Assembly (NCBI GenBank): GCA_013265495.1
Contig: MU058844.1
Span: 12,174,184 to 12,238,183, forward strand
Length of the DNA: 64,000 bases
Origin: Vicugna vicugna
Lineage: Eukaryota
Direction: 5' to 3'
Shown: in pieces, positions 12,396 through 25,318 of the stretch
Position numbering within the stretch: the stretch's first letter is position 1
Layout of the letters: the number at the start of each line of letters is the position of its first letter
The notes under the pieces: model-generated
The model's database searches: none
What the model was told of the DNA's origin: nothing
Seen by the model: only the letters and a program-made list of their open reading frames with translations
Position numbers and translations under genes: made by a program

Positions 12396-14599
12396 AGACT
12401 CATGGACAGAGAATACAGACTTTGGTTACCAGGGGGGTAGAGGGTGGGAAGGGATAGACTGGGATTTCAAAATTGTAGAATAGATAAACAAGATTACACT
12501 GTATAGCACAGGGAAATATACACAAAATGTTATGATAAATCACAGAGAAAAAAATGTGACAATGAGTGTGTATATGTCCATGAATGACTGAAAAATTGTG
12601 CTGAACACTGGAATTTGACACAATATTGTAAAATGATTATAAATCAATAAAAAATGTTAAAAAAAAAGAAAATGAATATATGTGTGTACACGTATGACTG
12701 AACTATTGTGCTGTACACCAGAACTGACACAACACTGTAAACTGACTATACTTCAATAAAAAGTAAAACAAAAAAAATTTAACATATTAATTTAATGGGC
12801 AGTACCAATTCTAGCACAGTAAACAGAAGGATCCAAACATTCTAGAAAGTTTAGCAGAAAGGTCATCAAAAATTTAAGGCATAAATTGATCCAATAGATG
12901 TTGACAGATTCATGTTGATGGACACGATAGTACTTTGGGGCATGAAACACAGATTTCCATCGATTCACAAGTCTGTCTATTGGTCTCCATAGCACCTAAT
13001 GTCAGTCATCTTCCCGCAGAGTCAACAGTAGCTCCCTGCCAACCAACCCACACATCCAACAACCCCAGCTAAGTTACTGGGGAGCAATTCCAAACTGATT
13101 TGTAAGATCTTCATACCAGACCCAAGACTAGGTCACACTCTTGTTGAAAATACAACCATTGGCTAACGTGGAGGCCACCAAATTTATAGGGGAGGGTCTA
13201 AGAGAAATGTGATGAGTGTCGCAAGTGGGGTTCCATGAGTTGGTGCTATTAGTCTGCTTGAGCCTAAATGAAAGGCAGGGAAAAGAGGGGAGATAGGCAA
13301 GTTTTTTTGTTTCTTTTTGTTGTTGTTGTTTTTTAAGCCCAATTATCTTTTCTGCAAGAGCCATGGCTCCTGCACATGAGCAAATACACCCACCCCCGAC
13401 CACACTGCCTGTAGCTCCCAGAGGCTCGGTCTCTGACACACCCACTTCCATGAGGACCCTTGAAGAATGTGACATCTGCAGGAGGTTCCAGAGGCCCATT
13501 TCAAAATCTGGGGGGAAAATGTGGAGGCAAATGAATGTCAGGAAAAAGAATGTCCGGAAAATAATCTGCTGTTGTCCTCTTCCACATAAATATTCAGAAC
13601 ACCACAGATTAAGTTAAATACTGAGCTTTCATTGAAACAGTGTAGAAAACTTCCAGGATGACAAATTCTTCAAGCATTTTTCAAGGCATATAACATATGC
13701 TTATTTTCCTTTCATTATAATTGGGCTGTTAAAAAAGAAACCATTGGATCACTTCTCTATCTTGGTGAAAATTCCCAGTCATATGGTTATAATCAAGGGT
13801 CAAATTGCTAATGACACCAAAAATCAATGAGAGCCTTGAAATGAGAGGGTGGGGCCCACTTGACTCCCACACCCACTTTAACTCTTTATTTTCAGGATAA
13901 AAAGAGGCTTTAAGCACTATGGTTTCTTAGTTGATCTATTTAGAACTACCTGACATGGACTCGCTAGTCCACATTCCATGTTCAAATTTTCCTTCACCAC
14001 CAATCCTCTTAGACACACACACACAAACACTCAGATAGACCAAAAAACCCTCAAAAAATCAAGTGTTTTCTGAACTCATGATCCAGAAATAAGATGTAAG
14101 TTGGTAGGTCTGATCTCAAAACGTGCCAGTTTCATCTAGCTCAAACCAACTGCAGAAACTTCATGAGCCTTTTCTGAACTTTCTTTTCCAGAAGTAAAAA
14201 AGAAACCAAAATATGTGCTTTGCTGCCTTTCATGAGATTAAATGACTCAATTTTGAATCTACGTCATTATTACTTTTTACCTGATAAAAATTAGTGAAAA
14301 CAAAAAAATTATCAGAAGAATTAAGGAGTTTAAAACAATTAATGTGGACAACTGATTACATGGATAGAAACAATGACAGAGCCTGGCTGGTTCAGGAAGT
14401 TCGAAGGCTCAACTTTGGAGACCGAGTTTCATCTTGGATACATACTGTTCTGGGTAAGAAAAGGGTACTTCCCCTGGTTATTCTGCTACACCCTCCTCTT
14501 TATTTTCCAGCGTCGTGCTAAATATCATCAAGAAGCTAGACTGAAAATCTTTGTTTCAACAGTAATGTTTTTCTCCATATTGTAAAGTTAATTAAATAA

Positions 14600-14717
14600 T
14601 AAATTCAATAAATACTTATTGAGCACTTCCTTTATGCCAAGCGCCCTTCTAGGAATTAGAGAGAGGTACTACAGCCAAAAAGACATAACCCTGCCCATAC
14701 AGAACTTTATTCTCTGG
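14600..14717 (-). mobile_element. L2 LINE 3' end
   Basis: 'attcaataaatacttattgagcacttcctttatgccaagcgcccttctagg'. Confidence 0.75.
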
Positions 14718-16399
14718 ACTCAATTTTGACTGAAAAATCACTGTGTTCATTGAAGTAAAGAGAAATTGAACTAAACAGTGTATGTATCAACAGCAAAGAA
14801 AACACCATCTCACCCTCAAGAAGTTGCAGCTTACTCATTTTCTTCCTGCTAACTTCATTGTTGTTTGCCTTTCCTGTTTTTTTTAGTTTTCTAGAAAGTG
14901 AATCCTAGGATACTTAGGCCCCGAGTTAGCCTGGATAACAAAATATTTTCATAATTTACCAAATATCAAGAATTTCCATTTTTTTAAAGTGTAGCTAACC
15001 TCTTTACTATAATAAAAACTTCTTTTAACTTATCTAGATGCAAATGATAATGTTGGTAAATCTGACTCATTTGGAGCTGTTAACTTCTAGAGACTCACCT
15101 GAATTTTTAAACTATTTTTGGCCTATTTACCTTCTCACATCCCTCCCCTCATCCACTATCCAGAGGCTGGACCTTTCTCACATTTCTGAATTTCATTCGG
15201 GAGATACCTTGAGATACCTTGAACTGCCTTCCCTACACTGAGGCCCAAAGTATATTTGCTTTGAATTTTACTGAGAAAGCACATTAAAAGATGAGTTTCA
15301 ATTAGATTCCAGATTCATAAGGATTCAAAAAGGAATTTCATTTCATTACATTTTCGAGTGTTAAAAAAAAAAAGGGTGTATTTAGCATGATGGCATGAAA
15401 GAGGGCCCCTAAGCAGCGTTACACGGATACTGTTAGCAAGGCTTTGCCACCTAAGTGATAATCAAGTCATCTCTGCTTGTGTCACAGGAGTGGACCATGC
15501 AGAAGGATCATGTATGCAAACCACGCAAATGAAAACAATTACAAAATCTGAATGCACTGGATGAGAAACAGCAAAGATGACAAAAGCTAGTGCTAGTATT
15601 AGTCGGCTACTATTTTGATGTTAATATCACACTTAAAAATACCTGAAGAAAGATGGGAAGTTTCTCTCTGAAATTTTGAACCAATAGTGTAATAATGAAG
15701 AAGTCTGTTACTTTCACGCTGGTGCACAGGGGAAAATTAACACACACGTGTAGTTTTATGTCATTCTGGGATTTCATAATACATAATCAGGAATATTCTG
15801 ACAGCAAATACATATGCACCCATGTATACATATATATACACACACACACATGCACCTATGTATATCTTGAATCATAAAGATCTATCTTTACCTCATGGAA
15901 CTGTGAGGGTTTGAAATGCTGGATCTGAATCCATTAAAAAAAAAATTCTGACTGCAAATAGACTATCCAAGAAGCCCAAACAATACGCAATCATGACACA
16001 ATGATCTTAGTTTGCAGATGTGAACATGTCTTTCATTAAAAGGGTTCCTCCTCAAGACAGATGCAATAACGCCAATTACTCCCCATTCCTGAACCTCCAC
16101 GTGCACAATGAGGGGATGAGGACTTGAAACAGTGCCATGATATACAAGGGAAATGACGGAGGAGAAGAAATGGGCTTTGGATTAATGAGCTGGCATACAC
16201 ACTGCGGCCTTAATGGGCAGCGCTGACAGGGTTCAATTATAGCAGAGCGTGCAGCCTCATTACTGCCAGTGGCTGTCACTTAGGGCACTGGTGCAGAGGA
16301 GAATCCAACTGACGGCAGACAAAGGCTAAGAGGAATCCATGCAAACAAAAGACATTTACAAAGCATCTTCAGGAGCAAAGCTCCTACCCTCACCCTCAA

Positions 16400-16470
16400 C
16401 ACATACACACAGACACATACACCATACACACACACACAGACACACACACCACACACACACCACACACACA
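16400..16470. repeat. Imperfect (CA)n microsatellite
   Basis: cacatacacacagacacatacaccatacacacacacacagacacacaccacacacacaccacacacaca. Confidence 0.9.
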
Positions 16471-18259
16471 TGCTCCTTGGCTTTACTTACAAGCCAACAC
16501 ACACAGAGGCACAAGATCTTTGTATTTACGTTTCCTCCAGCTTGGTTTGCTCATTGCTTATCACACAGAGGGCTTTTAGGCCGAAATATAATTGAATTAA
16601 GAGATAGTGTCAAGGTATTTGTTTGTTTTGTCTTTTTTAATGGGTCCTTAAATACTACCCCTCCAAAAAAACTAATCCCCATTAAAATTGTGACCCTTTA
16701 CTGGGCAGTGCTGCCTTCCTATTCCAGTACTGCACTGTCTTACTAACAATGATCACCCCTCTACCACATAATTTTCTTTACAGAGTCAAAATAGAAAATT
16801 TTTAAAGGCAGTATTTTGATTGCATGAAATAGCTATGTGTAAAATTTCTAGGCTACTTAAATTCCCTTCGTGTCCTGGTGTTTAAATGGAGGGGGAAATG
16901 TGCTAAATGGAAATCTGATCAGGCCTGACTAATAAAAGTTTCAACAATATGTGGGACCAAGTCCTGCCACAGAAAATCCATTTTTAAAACGTGTTCCATG
17001 AGTTCACTTACAAAAGACAAAAGGCTGCCTCTCTTTCCCATGAAAAATCATCTACCTCTAAAAAATATACATTTAACTAACTGATGCAAAAACAGTGGCT
17101 TGACATGAAGACTAAAAATAAACTATTTACAGAGCATCTACTGTGTATTTGTTCAAATTTAGTCTATAAATTTTAACACACAACACACACATACTTACTG
17201 CTTGATATGCAGTATCATCTTATGTAACAGCAAATTGTAAGGCTGACACTGTTTCCTCCTAGAAAAACATCTCCAGGTGAACCTTAACAAAACCCCTCTT
17301 TAAGTAATAATTAGATTGCTTTTCAATTATCTATGACCATTCAGAGACAAAAATCAGTCTTAGTGGAGGTAATTCAGGAAATGTTTTATGCCTTCTAAAA
17401 AGAAGGAAACAATAGAAAATTCTCAGGATTACTCAGAGGATAGTTTCCAACTCCTTTTCCTGAATCCATAATAAACATGTTCAGTTGAAACTGATTTAAG
17501 CCTAGGAGTACATCCCCCCATCAGAAAAAATAATACCTAAATGGCCAGAGCAGACTACTGGGCCAAATGAAGCAAAAATAGCAAGAACATGCAAGGGGAA
17601 GGATCTCAAGTGAATGAGCATTTCTACACCAACAAACTATTGCTTGAAAAAGACCAGCAAGCCTTCACAAAAAAAAATGGCTAGAAGTAGTCATTTCTCT
17701 ATAAGGGATTCAAACGAAGACCTTTTCTAATATAGGTGGATGCTAGAAATAAGGCACAGTTGTGATTCTGAATGGAAAACACAATGAAAGTAACCAAAAC
17801 ATGAACATTTCCATTTGGTTTTATATTATATCATGTGTTCTCACTCTAACGTTTACAGGTCATTAGAAGCCAAACAAGAGTAACTTATTTGGCTAAAGCA
17901 TTTTTTTTTTAACCAGGGGTGGTTATACTCTGGTGTAATTTCCAATTTGAAACATTAACTTAGACCAAAGGTCCCCTAGTCACTCGTTCCAGGAGCTCCT
18001 GCTGTCCTATTCCACCTGTGGCATGAGGACACACCAGGGAGGTCGAGCCACTAGCTGCCTGATCATGAATGGTGTGTGACCCTCCCAGGTCTGGCTGGAG
18101 TCTACCCACAGCATCTCCTCGCTCCACCACACTTATCTCTCACCCAGACTGACCTCAGTAGTTCCTCACCTGTTGCCATGTCAACAAGCTCTATCACGGG
18201 TACCCAACAAAACACCAATAAGCAACAATGAAAAATGGATCATGTAACATTCACTGTGT

Positions 18260-18475
18260 ACCAAGGAGAGTCAGAGATCGTGGCTCTGGAAGACTCCATA
18301 TAGCCCTGAGCAGCCCCATGAACACGAACAAAGGCAAGTCACTTAGTCCTATATATGTTCCGGTGGAGAAATTAAGGCAATATTCACAGAGTCTTAATAG
18401 GCTATAAATGCAGAAAGAGTCAAATGCATCTGAAGCGCCTACACACAGAGCTTGGCTATTGGAAAATGCTGATTT
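18260..18475 (+). mobile_element. Degraded MIR SINE
   Basis: 'gagtcagagatcgtggctct...ggcaagtcacttag' and a MIR-like 3' part. Confidence 0.5.
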
Positions 18476-19828
18476 CCCTCCCCCTCCCCATTACCGTAAT
18501 GCATGACTTCATGATGTCTTAAGACCCACTGTACTTTGTGACTTACATCCCATTTCAGATCTGCCAAGCTAAACCACGAGAGTGTAGGATGAGGCTGCCA
18601 CAGCCTAAGTGCTGTGCAACCACTAAAAATCTATTTATATATATATATACCTCTGATCTCATTAACATAATTGGCACAGACCAAAATATACTGCAACCCT
18701 TCTCATCATTTCCTGCCTACAATGTTAGCAGTTCAAAGGAAGATCCTGTCTTTTGGTCTTCATTGTCATCGTAAAAAACCCTACACAATTTTTATTCAGA
18801 AGATTTGCTGTTCCTAAAGTATGCTTTGTTCTCTTCTGAAAGTTCTCAATGCTATCATGAGTAAGATTCTTTTTTCCTCCTAAGATACAGAAAGCTACAT
18901 ACCAAGCCATAAGTATGGTTACCAATGGGGAGGAAGACAAAATGAGATGAGGAAGGTATATAAAGGGGTATGAATAAATATTTTTATATTGAAGTACAAT
19001 ACAGATTGACTTAAACTTTTACTCTTTTAACTTTTTATTATCATGTGTGCATTTTTAAAAGTAAACTTTATAAAAAAACATTAAAAATTTAAACTCTAGT
19101 TAAAATTAAATTTTAAAATAACCCAAAATAACTATCAACATTTCTCCAACTATGAGATGGGTAGCTTCCTGTTATCTCCAGCAGAGAATGTATGTCTTAC
19201 TGTTGCTCATATCTTGACTTAGTAAAACCCCATGCTTTTTCACTAGCGTTTGCATCTTTGGGCCTGCCCCCAAAGACCCAGGTCCCTGGCATCTGGAGAA
19301 AACCCATGCATGCAATAGTTACTCATATGACCCAGGAAATAAACACACCTAAGACAGACTCAGCAAACATCCCACCAATAAAATGCCCTTTTCTCTCAGG
19401 AGCAAGATTGATTTTCCATTCCCAGAAGGCTAAGCCACCTTCAGCCAACAACATTCACTTCCCCAGACTTGACTCAGCTGGGGTCTTACATTTTCCCCAG
19501 ATAACCAAGTTTCTGCCCTGTTCTGATGTTTAATAGCTGCAAAATTCCAGAGTCATCCTGTGTGTTTCACCCCCAGCTGTAAACAAATTCATCCTATGTA
19601 CGCTCCATAAAACCAAATGCCAAGCAACAGCAGTGGTTTTAGCTGTGGCACACATTCAAGATACCAACCATCTTTTCCCTTCCCCCACCAGCCCCATCAC
19701 TAAAAGCAAATGCAAACTCATATGCCTCCCTTGATTTACTGGAGCTTCCCAGGCTAAAGCTCCCACATTCTGTAGATTCTAAATTAAATTTCAGTTTCTG
19801 GCCCATTTCACTGAAGGGACTCTGTAGA

Positions 19829-20354
19829 CCAGTATTCCTCCAACTTGAATGTGTACATGATTTAGAGTTCAGGCTGCTATAACCAAATACCATAGACTGG
19901 ATGGCTTATAAGCAACAGAAATCTGTATCTCACAGTTCTGGAGGCTGGGGAGTCCAGGATCAAGGCAGCCGCAGATTCAGCATTTGGTAAAAACCTGCTT
20001 CCTGGTTCCTAGATGGCTGTCCTCTTGGTACATCCTCACACGGCAGAAGGGGCCAGGGGTCCCCTCTGGGGTCTCTTTTACAAGAGCATTAATCCTACTC
20101 ATGAAGACTCTCATGATCCAGTCACCTTCCAAAGACCTCACCTCCCACTACCATCACCCTGGGGGTGAGGTTTCAACATATGAATTTGGAGAGGAACACG
20201 ACATTCCATCTATAGCACATACCAGCAAACTCAGGAGCTTGTGAAAAATGTAGATTTTTGCATCGGCAGGTCTGGAATGGCAACTCAGATTCTGCTTCTC
20301 TAACAAGCTCTCAGGTGATGCCAAGGCTGCAGGTCTGGCTCATTTGAATAGCAC
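19829..20354. mobile_element. MER5A-like element split by an LTR (pieces ~19829-19857 and ~20218-20354)
   Basis: 'cagtattcctccaacttgaatgtgtac' joins 'caggagcttgtgaaaaatgtagatt...tctaacaagctctcaggtgatgcc...tttgaatagcac'. Confidence 0.7.
19858..20217 (-). mobile_element. ERVL-MaLR solo LTR (MLT1A-like)
   Basis: 'ttcaggctgctataaccaaataccatagactggatggcttataagcaacagaa...tttcaacatatgaatttggagaggaacacgacattccatctatagca'. Confidence 0.9.
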
Positions 20355-23300
20355 ATTTCTCCATAGCCTTCTTAGTTTCCAGACCTTAGCATTCCTAATC
20401 GTTAGTTACCACTTGTTCTTCCAGTCTGGCTATTCCTCTTGCTAGATGTGAGGTACCCTGGACCCTTTCCACAAACTTATTGACAACATCCTGATATAAA
20501 TATGAGGCTGTGATTACACAATACCTTGGAAGCTATTCATGGAAAAAGTCAGCTCAGATATCTGAGGTCATGAGGTCCCATTTAAAAAATTATCATCATA
20601 ATCATCTATATTCAGGCTATTATAAAACATTAAATTGCCCAGCCATTTAAATTAAAATAATTGCCGTTGAATATACAAAATAAGAGATATAATCTAGGTT
20701 CTCATTCTCATATTTGGATCGTATACATGCACGCCTTAATACCTGGGTCACCCATTTATATCACTGAAATCTACAGACATGATGAAGGTTTCCTATAAGT
20801 TCCCTAAGCTGTGGGGCACTTGGACTGTATCCTATAGGAAACAGCTCAGTATTACGTTACACGTGGCTGCTTCTTCCTGTAACAACTGCACAGGTTATAT
20901 CATAATAAGATAATTCCATGTATGAGCAAACCACATGCCTCCCTCACGATCCTCTAAGGGCTCTTTTGCATGAATATAAAAAATCAGCTCTTTTCAAAGG
21001 AGTTAAGGGAAAGGAGTGTCAAATGATGTTTAACACCACAGTTAGCAGCTCAGACTGTTCTAAACCCTCTAAGCACACATAAATAAAGCCAGATTTTATT
21101 ATGGGCCTGACAGCGTTGTACACCTCTACATTTTTTATTTTATTTCAATCCCAGGCAAAAGCAAAGAGGAAGAAAAGAAGTGCTTATGGATTAAAAGAAT
21201 GCATCATAAAATATCCTAAGAAATAAAAAAAAAAAAACAAAGAAAAAGAATGCCAGTGAATCAAGAAATGTCTTCAACGTATTCAGGACTTTCTCAAAAA
21301 TATGTGAAAATTGTATCTAACACATTGCTCTTGCTACATTCTAATCGGAGCCTCTGTTTTGGGCCAGAATTTCAGCATTGGGAGTCAGATTACAAAAAGA
21401 TGTACATTTTCCAATGAGAATTTTTAAATCAATGAGTTCTCTTTGCCCACAACTCCTCTCCATTAATTGACGACTCCCTAGTCATATCCTTTCACGTCTC
21501 ATGACATTAGCGGCTCCTTCCAGTTAAAAACATCTTACTGTGGTTTGCTTCTTGCCTCAGGAGAGAATCCAGCAGAGTCTCTGACTCCTGGAATGTGTAT
21601 GCTGAAAAACAACCAATTCCATGCACCTCAGGTCTGCTTCCAAGAGAACCGTGTCCTCTCATCACTCCTCTGCAGAATAATGGATACAGGTCATACGAAC
21701 TTTAAGAATCTGGGTGCACATTTACTACGTAACTGAGAAGTGAAAAAAAAAAATTCAACAGACCTTGGAAATAATTTTGTCCAGGGCCCCACATCCTGGT
21801 AACTTTATAGACGGTTAACAGTTTATCCTTTTTCTAATACACTACAGAATTTACAATCTCTCTGGGCCATCCCTACAAGGCTTCAGCTTTATTCTGAAAA
21901 CAAGTTCCTCCTGCTGTTATATATTATCTTCTTTAGGATTTAGAATGGATGCCATTCACTGTCCTCCTTCCAACTGTTCCTCATGATCTTCCAATTTCTA
22001 TTTAAATCACCATTTATTTATCTACGTATGAAATAATTTTCAATTTCTCTTAATTTTTACTCATAGGTCCTATTTCCCAAATCATTAGTCATGTTCCAGA
22101 TGTTTCCAACAAATATTGGAGAAGGGTTACTCATGATTACTGCGTGCTGCATTCTTGTTTAAAACAGTCCTACTCCCAATTTAGTAGTGTGAAGAAGGTG
22201 CAAGTAAAAATGAGTTTAATCAGGAGATAAGACATGTGTCTCTCAGGAATGGTTTCAATTAAAGTCAGGAAGAACTACCATTTCTAAATACCAATAAACA
22301 TTTAAAATTTTGAGTGCAAGTTAAAAAAATTTAAAAGGAAGCATCAAAAATCACAAGTTTACACCACCAGGAAGGGAAGAGAATAAATGCAAATGACCTA
22401 ATTTGAATTGGTTCCTGTGAGTCGTATAATGGCAACTTTTAAAAGAGAGATGAGCCCAAAAAGAAATCCCCACACTTCTAATCTAGAATTTGAAAGCATT
22501 TTTCATCACTGTTCTGGAAACTCCCATACTTAATGTGAACAAATCATTCTTGATTCTCTCTAAATACAATCAAACTCTGGAATCTTCTTTCTAAAAACAA
22601 GAGCGTTGCATTTATTTTTCGAAATAGGAAAGAAGGGAAAAAAACTTCACGGAAAGAAGTTACAAAACTGGATGTAACTCAACAAGATGACAGATTTGGT
22701 GGGGCAATGCTTACACTCCCTTCATGATTTTGTTCTTGCCTTATAAATCAAAACCGAGGATGCTAAGTGCCAGTGAGACACGTCCCACCTGGGAACTCTT
22801 CCTGCTTACGATACTACCACAACAATACAAGTTCTGCAATTACAATTTACATCACTGACAGCTCTGGAGATAATGCCAGAGCAAGATGCTATAGCTCTTT
22901 CTTTAGACTTGGATTGCTTTTTGGATGCAATGTGTACTGACCTGTAAAAGAGGTAGGTATGAATCAAACACTGCGGCTGATGACAAATTCAGTCAGACTG
23001 CGCCATTTACACAACAAACACTTTTCTGGACATCATGATGTTTTAATCTGAAACCAGTCCTGCATTTTCGAAAACTGACTACCGTCTCCAATTCTCGTCC
23101 TTTTATTTCTACACAGAAATGCTAACTGTTGTAAGTCACCCATTGAATGTCTAACTTGCGAGCATTCCTCTCATCTTGGTTGCATTCTCTCTATAGTTGT
23201 GGCCAGAATAACAAGACAGTAACAACTGGCAACCAGGAACTCTGAGGCCCCACTCCTGTACTTGCTCAAGCAGCAACAATAATTACTCATTCACTCTCTC

Positions 23301-23516
23301 CCATTTCATTGCTGTGGTTCTCCTATGATGCTCTAGGTAAACTGAAGAATCCAGCTCGGTCTCTGCAGTAGGACTAATTGGGGAATCTTATTTGGAAGAG
23401 GGAGGATGGGTGCTCACTCTCATCCTCAAAAGGCTACCCCTTTTCAAGCAAAGAAAGAAGAATTCTAGCAAAATTCAGTTAACTAGGGTTTCGGAAATGG
23501 CTTCAGAATTGATCCT

Positions 23517-24055
23517 TGTGGTGTATTTATACAATGGAATACTACTTGGCCATAAAAATAAAATAATACCATTTGCAGCAACATGGATGGACCTAGAGAT
23601 CATCATTCTAAGTGAAATAAACCAGATAAAGAGAGAAAAATACCATATGATAGATAAAGAGAGAAAAATACCATATGATATCACTTATATGAGGAATCTG
23701 AAAAAAAGAAAAAGGACACTAATGAACTTACCTATAAAACAGAAACAGACTCGCAGACATAGTAAATGATTTTATGGCTCCTTGGGGAGAGGGGGTGGGA
23801 AGGGATAAATTTGAGAGTTTAAGATTTGCAAATGTTAGCCACTGTATATAAAAATAGATTTAAAAAACAAGTTTCTTCTGTATAGCACAGGGAACTATAT
23901 TCAGTGTCTTGTAATAGCCTTTAATGAAAAAGAATATGAACATGAATATATGTATGTATATGTATGACTGGGACATTGTGCAGTACACCAGAAATTGACA
24001 CATCATAACTGACTGTACTTCAATTTTAAAAAATTTAAAACAATAAAAACAAAAC
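23517..24055 (+). mobile_element. LINE-1 3' end (ORF2 tip and 3' UTR)
   Basis: Encodes IIPFAATWMDLEIIILSEI; standard 3' UTR and A-rich tail. Confidence 0.92.
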
Positions 24056-24119
24056 AATAGATAGCAAGAAGACACACAAATAGAGACAATTTCTGCTTTG
24101 ATCAACTTTAGAAATAATC

Positions 24120-24200
24120 GAGTCCAGTGTCCTCATGTTGTAGATGTGAAAACAGAGTCCCAGAGAATAAATGTGACTTGCCCAAAGTCACAGAGGGAGC
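24120..24200 (-). mobile_element. MIR core fragment
   Basis: 'cctcatgttgtagatgtgaaaacagagtcccagaga...gtgacttgcccaaagtcacag'. Confidence 0.65.
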
Positions 24201-25147
24201 TTCAAGCCAACCTCTTTACCAGTTAGACAGTATACTACCAGGATAAAGACTGACTGCACTGAACCATCCCTAAGAACCTACCTTTAACTCTCCTGTCCTG
24301 AGCCTCTCTCTCAAACTTGGGCCATTTGGCATCCCCAGAACTTCTCTGAAGAAGACCCCACGAAAGCAGAAGCATGAAGGTGAACCCCGTGTAGGTGAGA
24401 GGACCCTCCATGAACATAGAGGCTGCCCCAGAATTGTAATTTTTTTTGTCAAATTATAGAAAAGATCCAAGAACTAGACCACCTCTAAACAGAGTTTGAA
24501 CTCAGAATCAATCTTCCAGAAAAGCTTAAATGGGGCAGAGTGTTCCAAGAATCCATCCAGAAGGACAGAAAATGAATCTAGAGGCACTGTGGGCCGCTCC
24601 CCACAGGGAGGAACCATTTTCCACCTCTCCTCCTGCCTTTGGTCACGTCCTCCACAGCTGACCTTATGCGGAGCCACGTCTGGAGCAGAGGGCCCGCGTG
24701 TGCCATTGGTATTCCAAGCCTGTGGGTCCCGAGTATTGTGTGCCGGCTCCATGCTAATCACCATGCTTTTGCAAACTGAGAAAGGCAAACTATAATTTGG
24801 AAATGGTTGCTGTTGTGTTTATTTGATTGTTTGTTTCCTCTCTGACTGCCCCTGCACATAGCAAATGCCTCGCATATTGTAGGCACTTGATAAAGGCTCG
24901 TTGAAGAGTTATTTCCTTTTTAATGTTATGTCCTATTTGTGCTTGTTGGCCTGTTTGGACGGCATCTGTAACTAGCTCTGTTAACATGTTTTCCACGATA
25001 AGCCCATAAGAATTTTGGAAATAATCAAAGAGGATAACATTCCTCTTAAAATATTATTTCAGGATCCTTTATAACATACAGAAAGAAAGCAAGACCTAAA
25101 AAACCTAATTAATCCTATGGAAATATTTTAAATGTCAAATTCACTTT

Positions 25148-25318
25148 TTTTGTTTACTGAAGTATATAGTCAGTTTACATTGAGTCAATTTCTGGTGTAC
25201 AGCATAATGTTTCAGTCATACGTATACATACATATATTCCTTTTCCTATTTTTCATTATAGGTTAAGAGATTTTGAGTATAGTTCCCTGTGCTACACAGT
25301 AGACAATAGTTGCTTAGA
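25148..25318 (-). mobile_element. LINE-1 3' tip with 12-bp TSD
   Basis: Antisense L1 3' UTR; perfect TSD caaattcacttt at 25136-25147 and 25319-25330. Confidence 0.9.

Larger units (their letters stand above)
11068..12667 (+). mobile_element. Young 5'-truncated LINE-1 (ORF2 3' part, 3' UTR, poly-A)
   Basis: Uninterrupted ORF2 peptide on both sides of the gap, 3' UTR ending aataaaaaatgttaaaaaaaaa, 9-bp TSD. Confidence 0.95.
11012..12778 (+). mobile_element. Older LINE-1 3' tip split by a younger L1 insertion (host pieces ~11012-11067 and 12668-12778)
   Basis: The two halves join into a continuous L1 3' UTR like that at 27661-27810; TSD gaaaatgaa at 11059-11067 and 12668-12676. Confidence 0.85.

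Noticed and set aside
16280..16746. His/Thr-rich and Val/Cys-rich ORFs
   Set aside because: Translations of the (CA)n microsatellite
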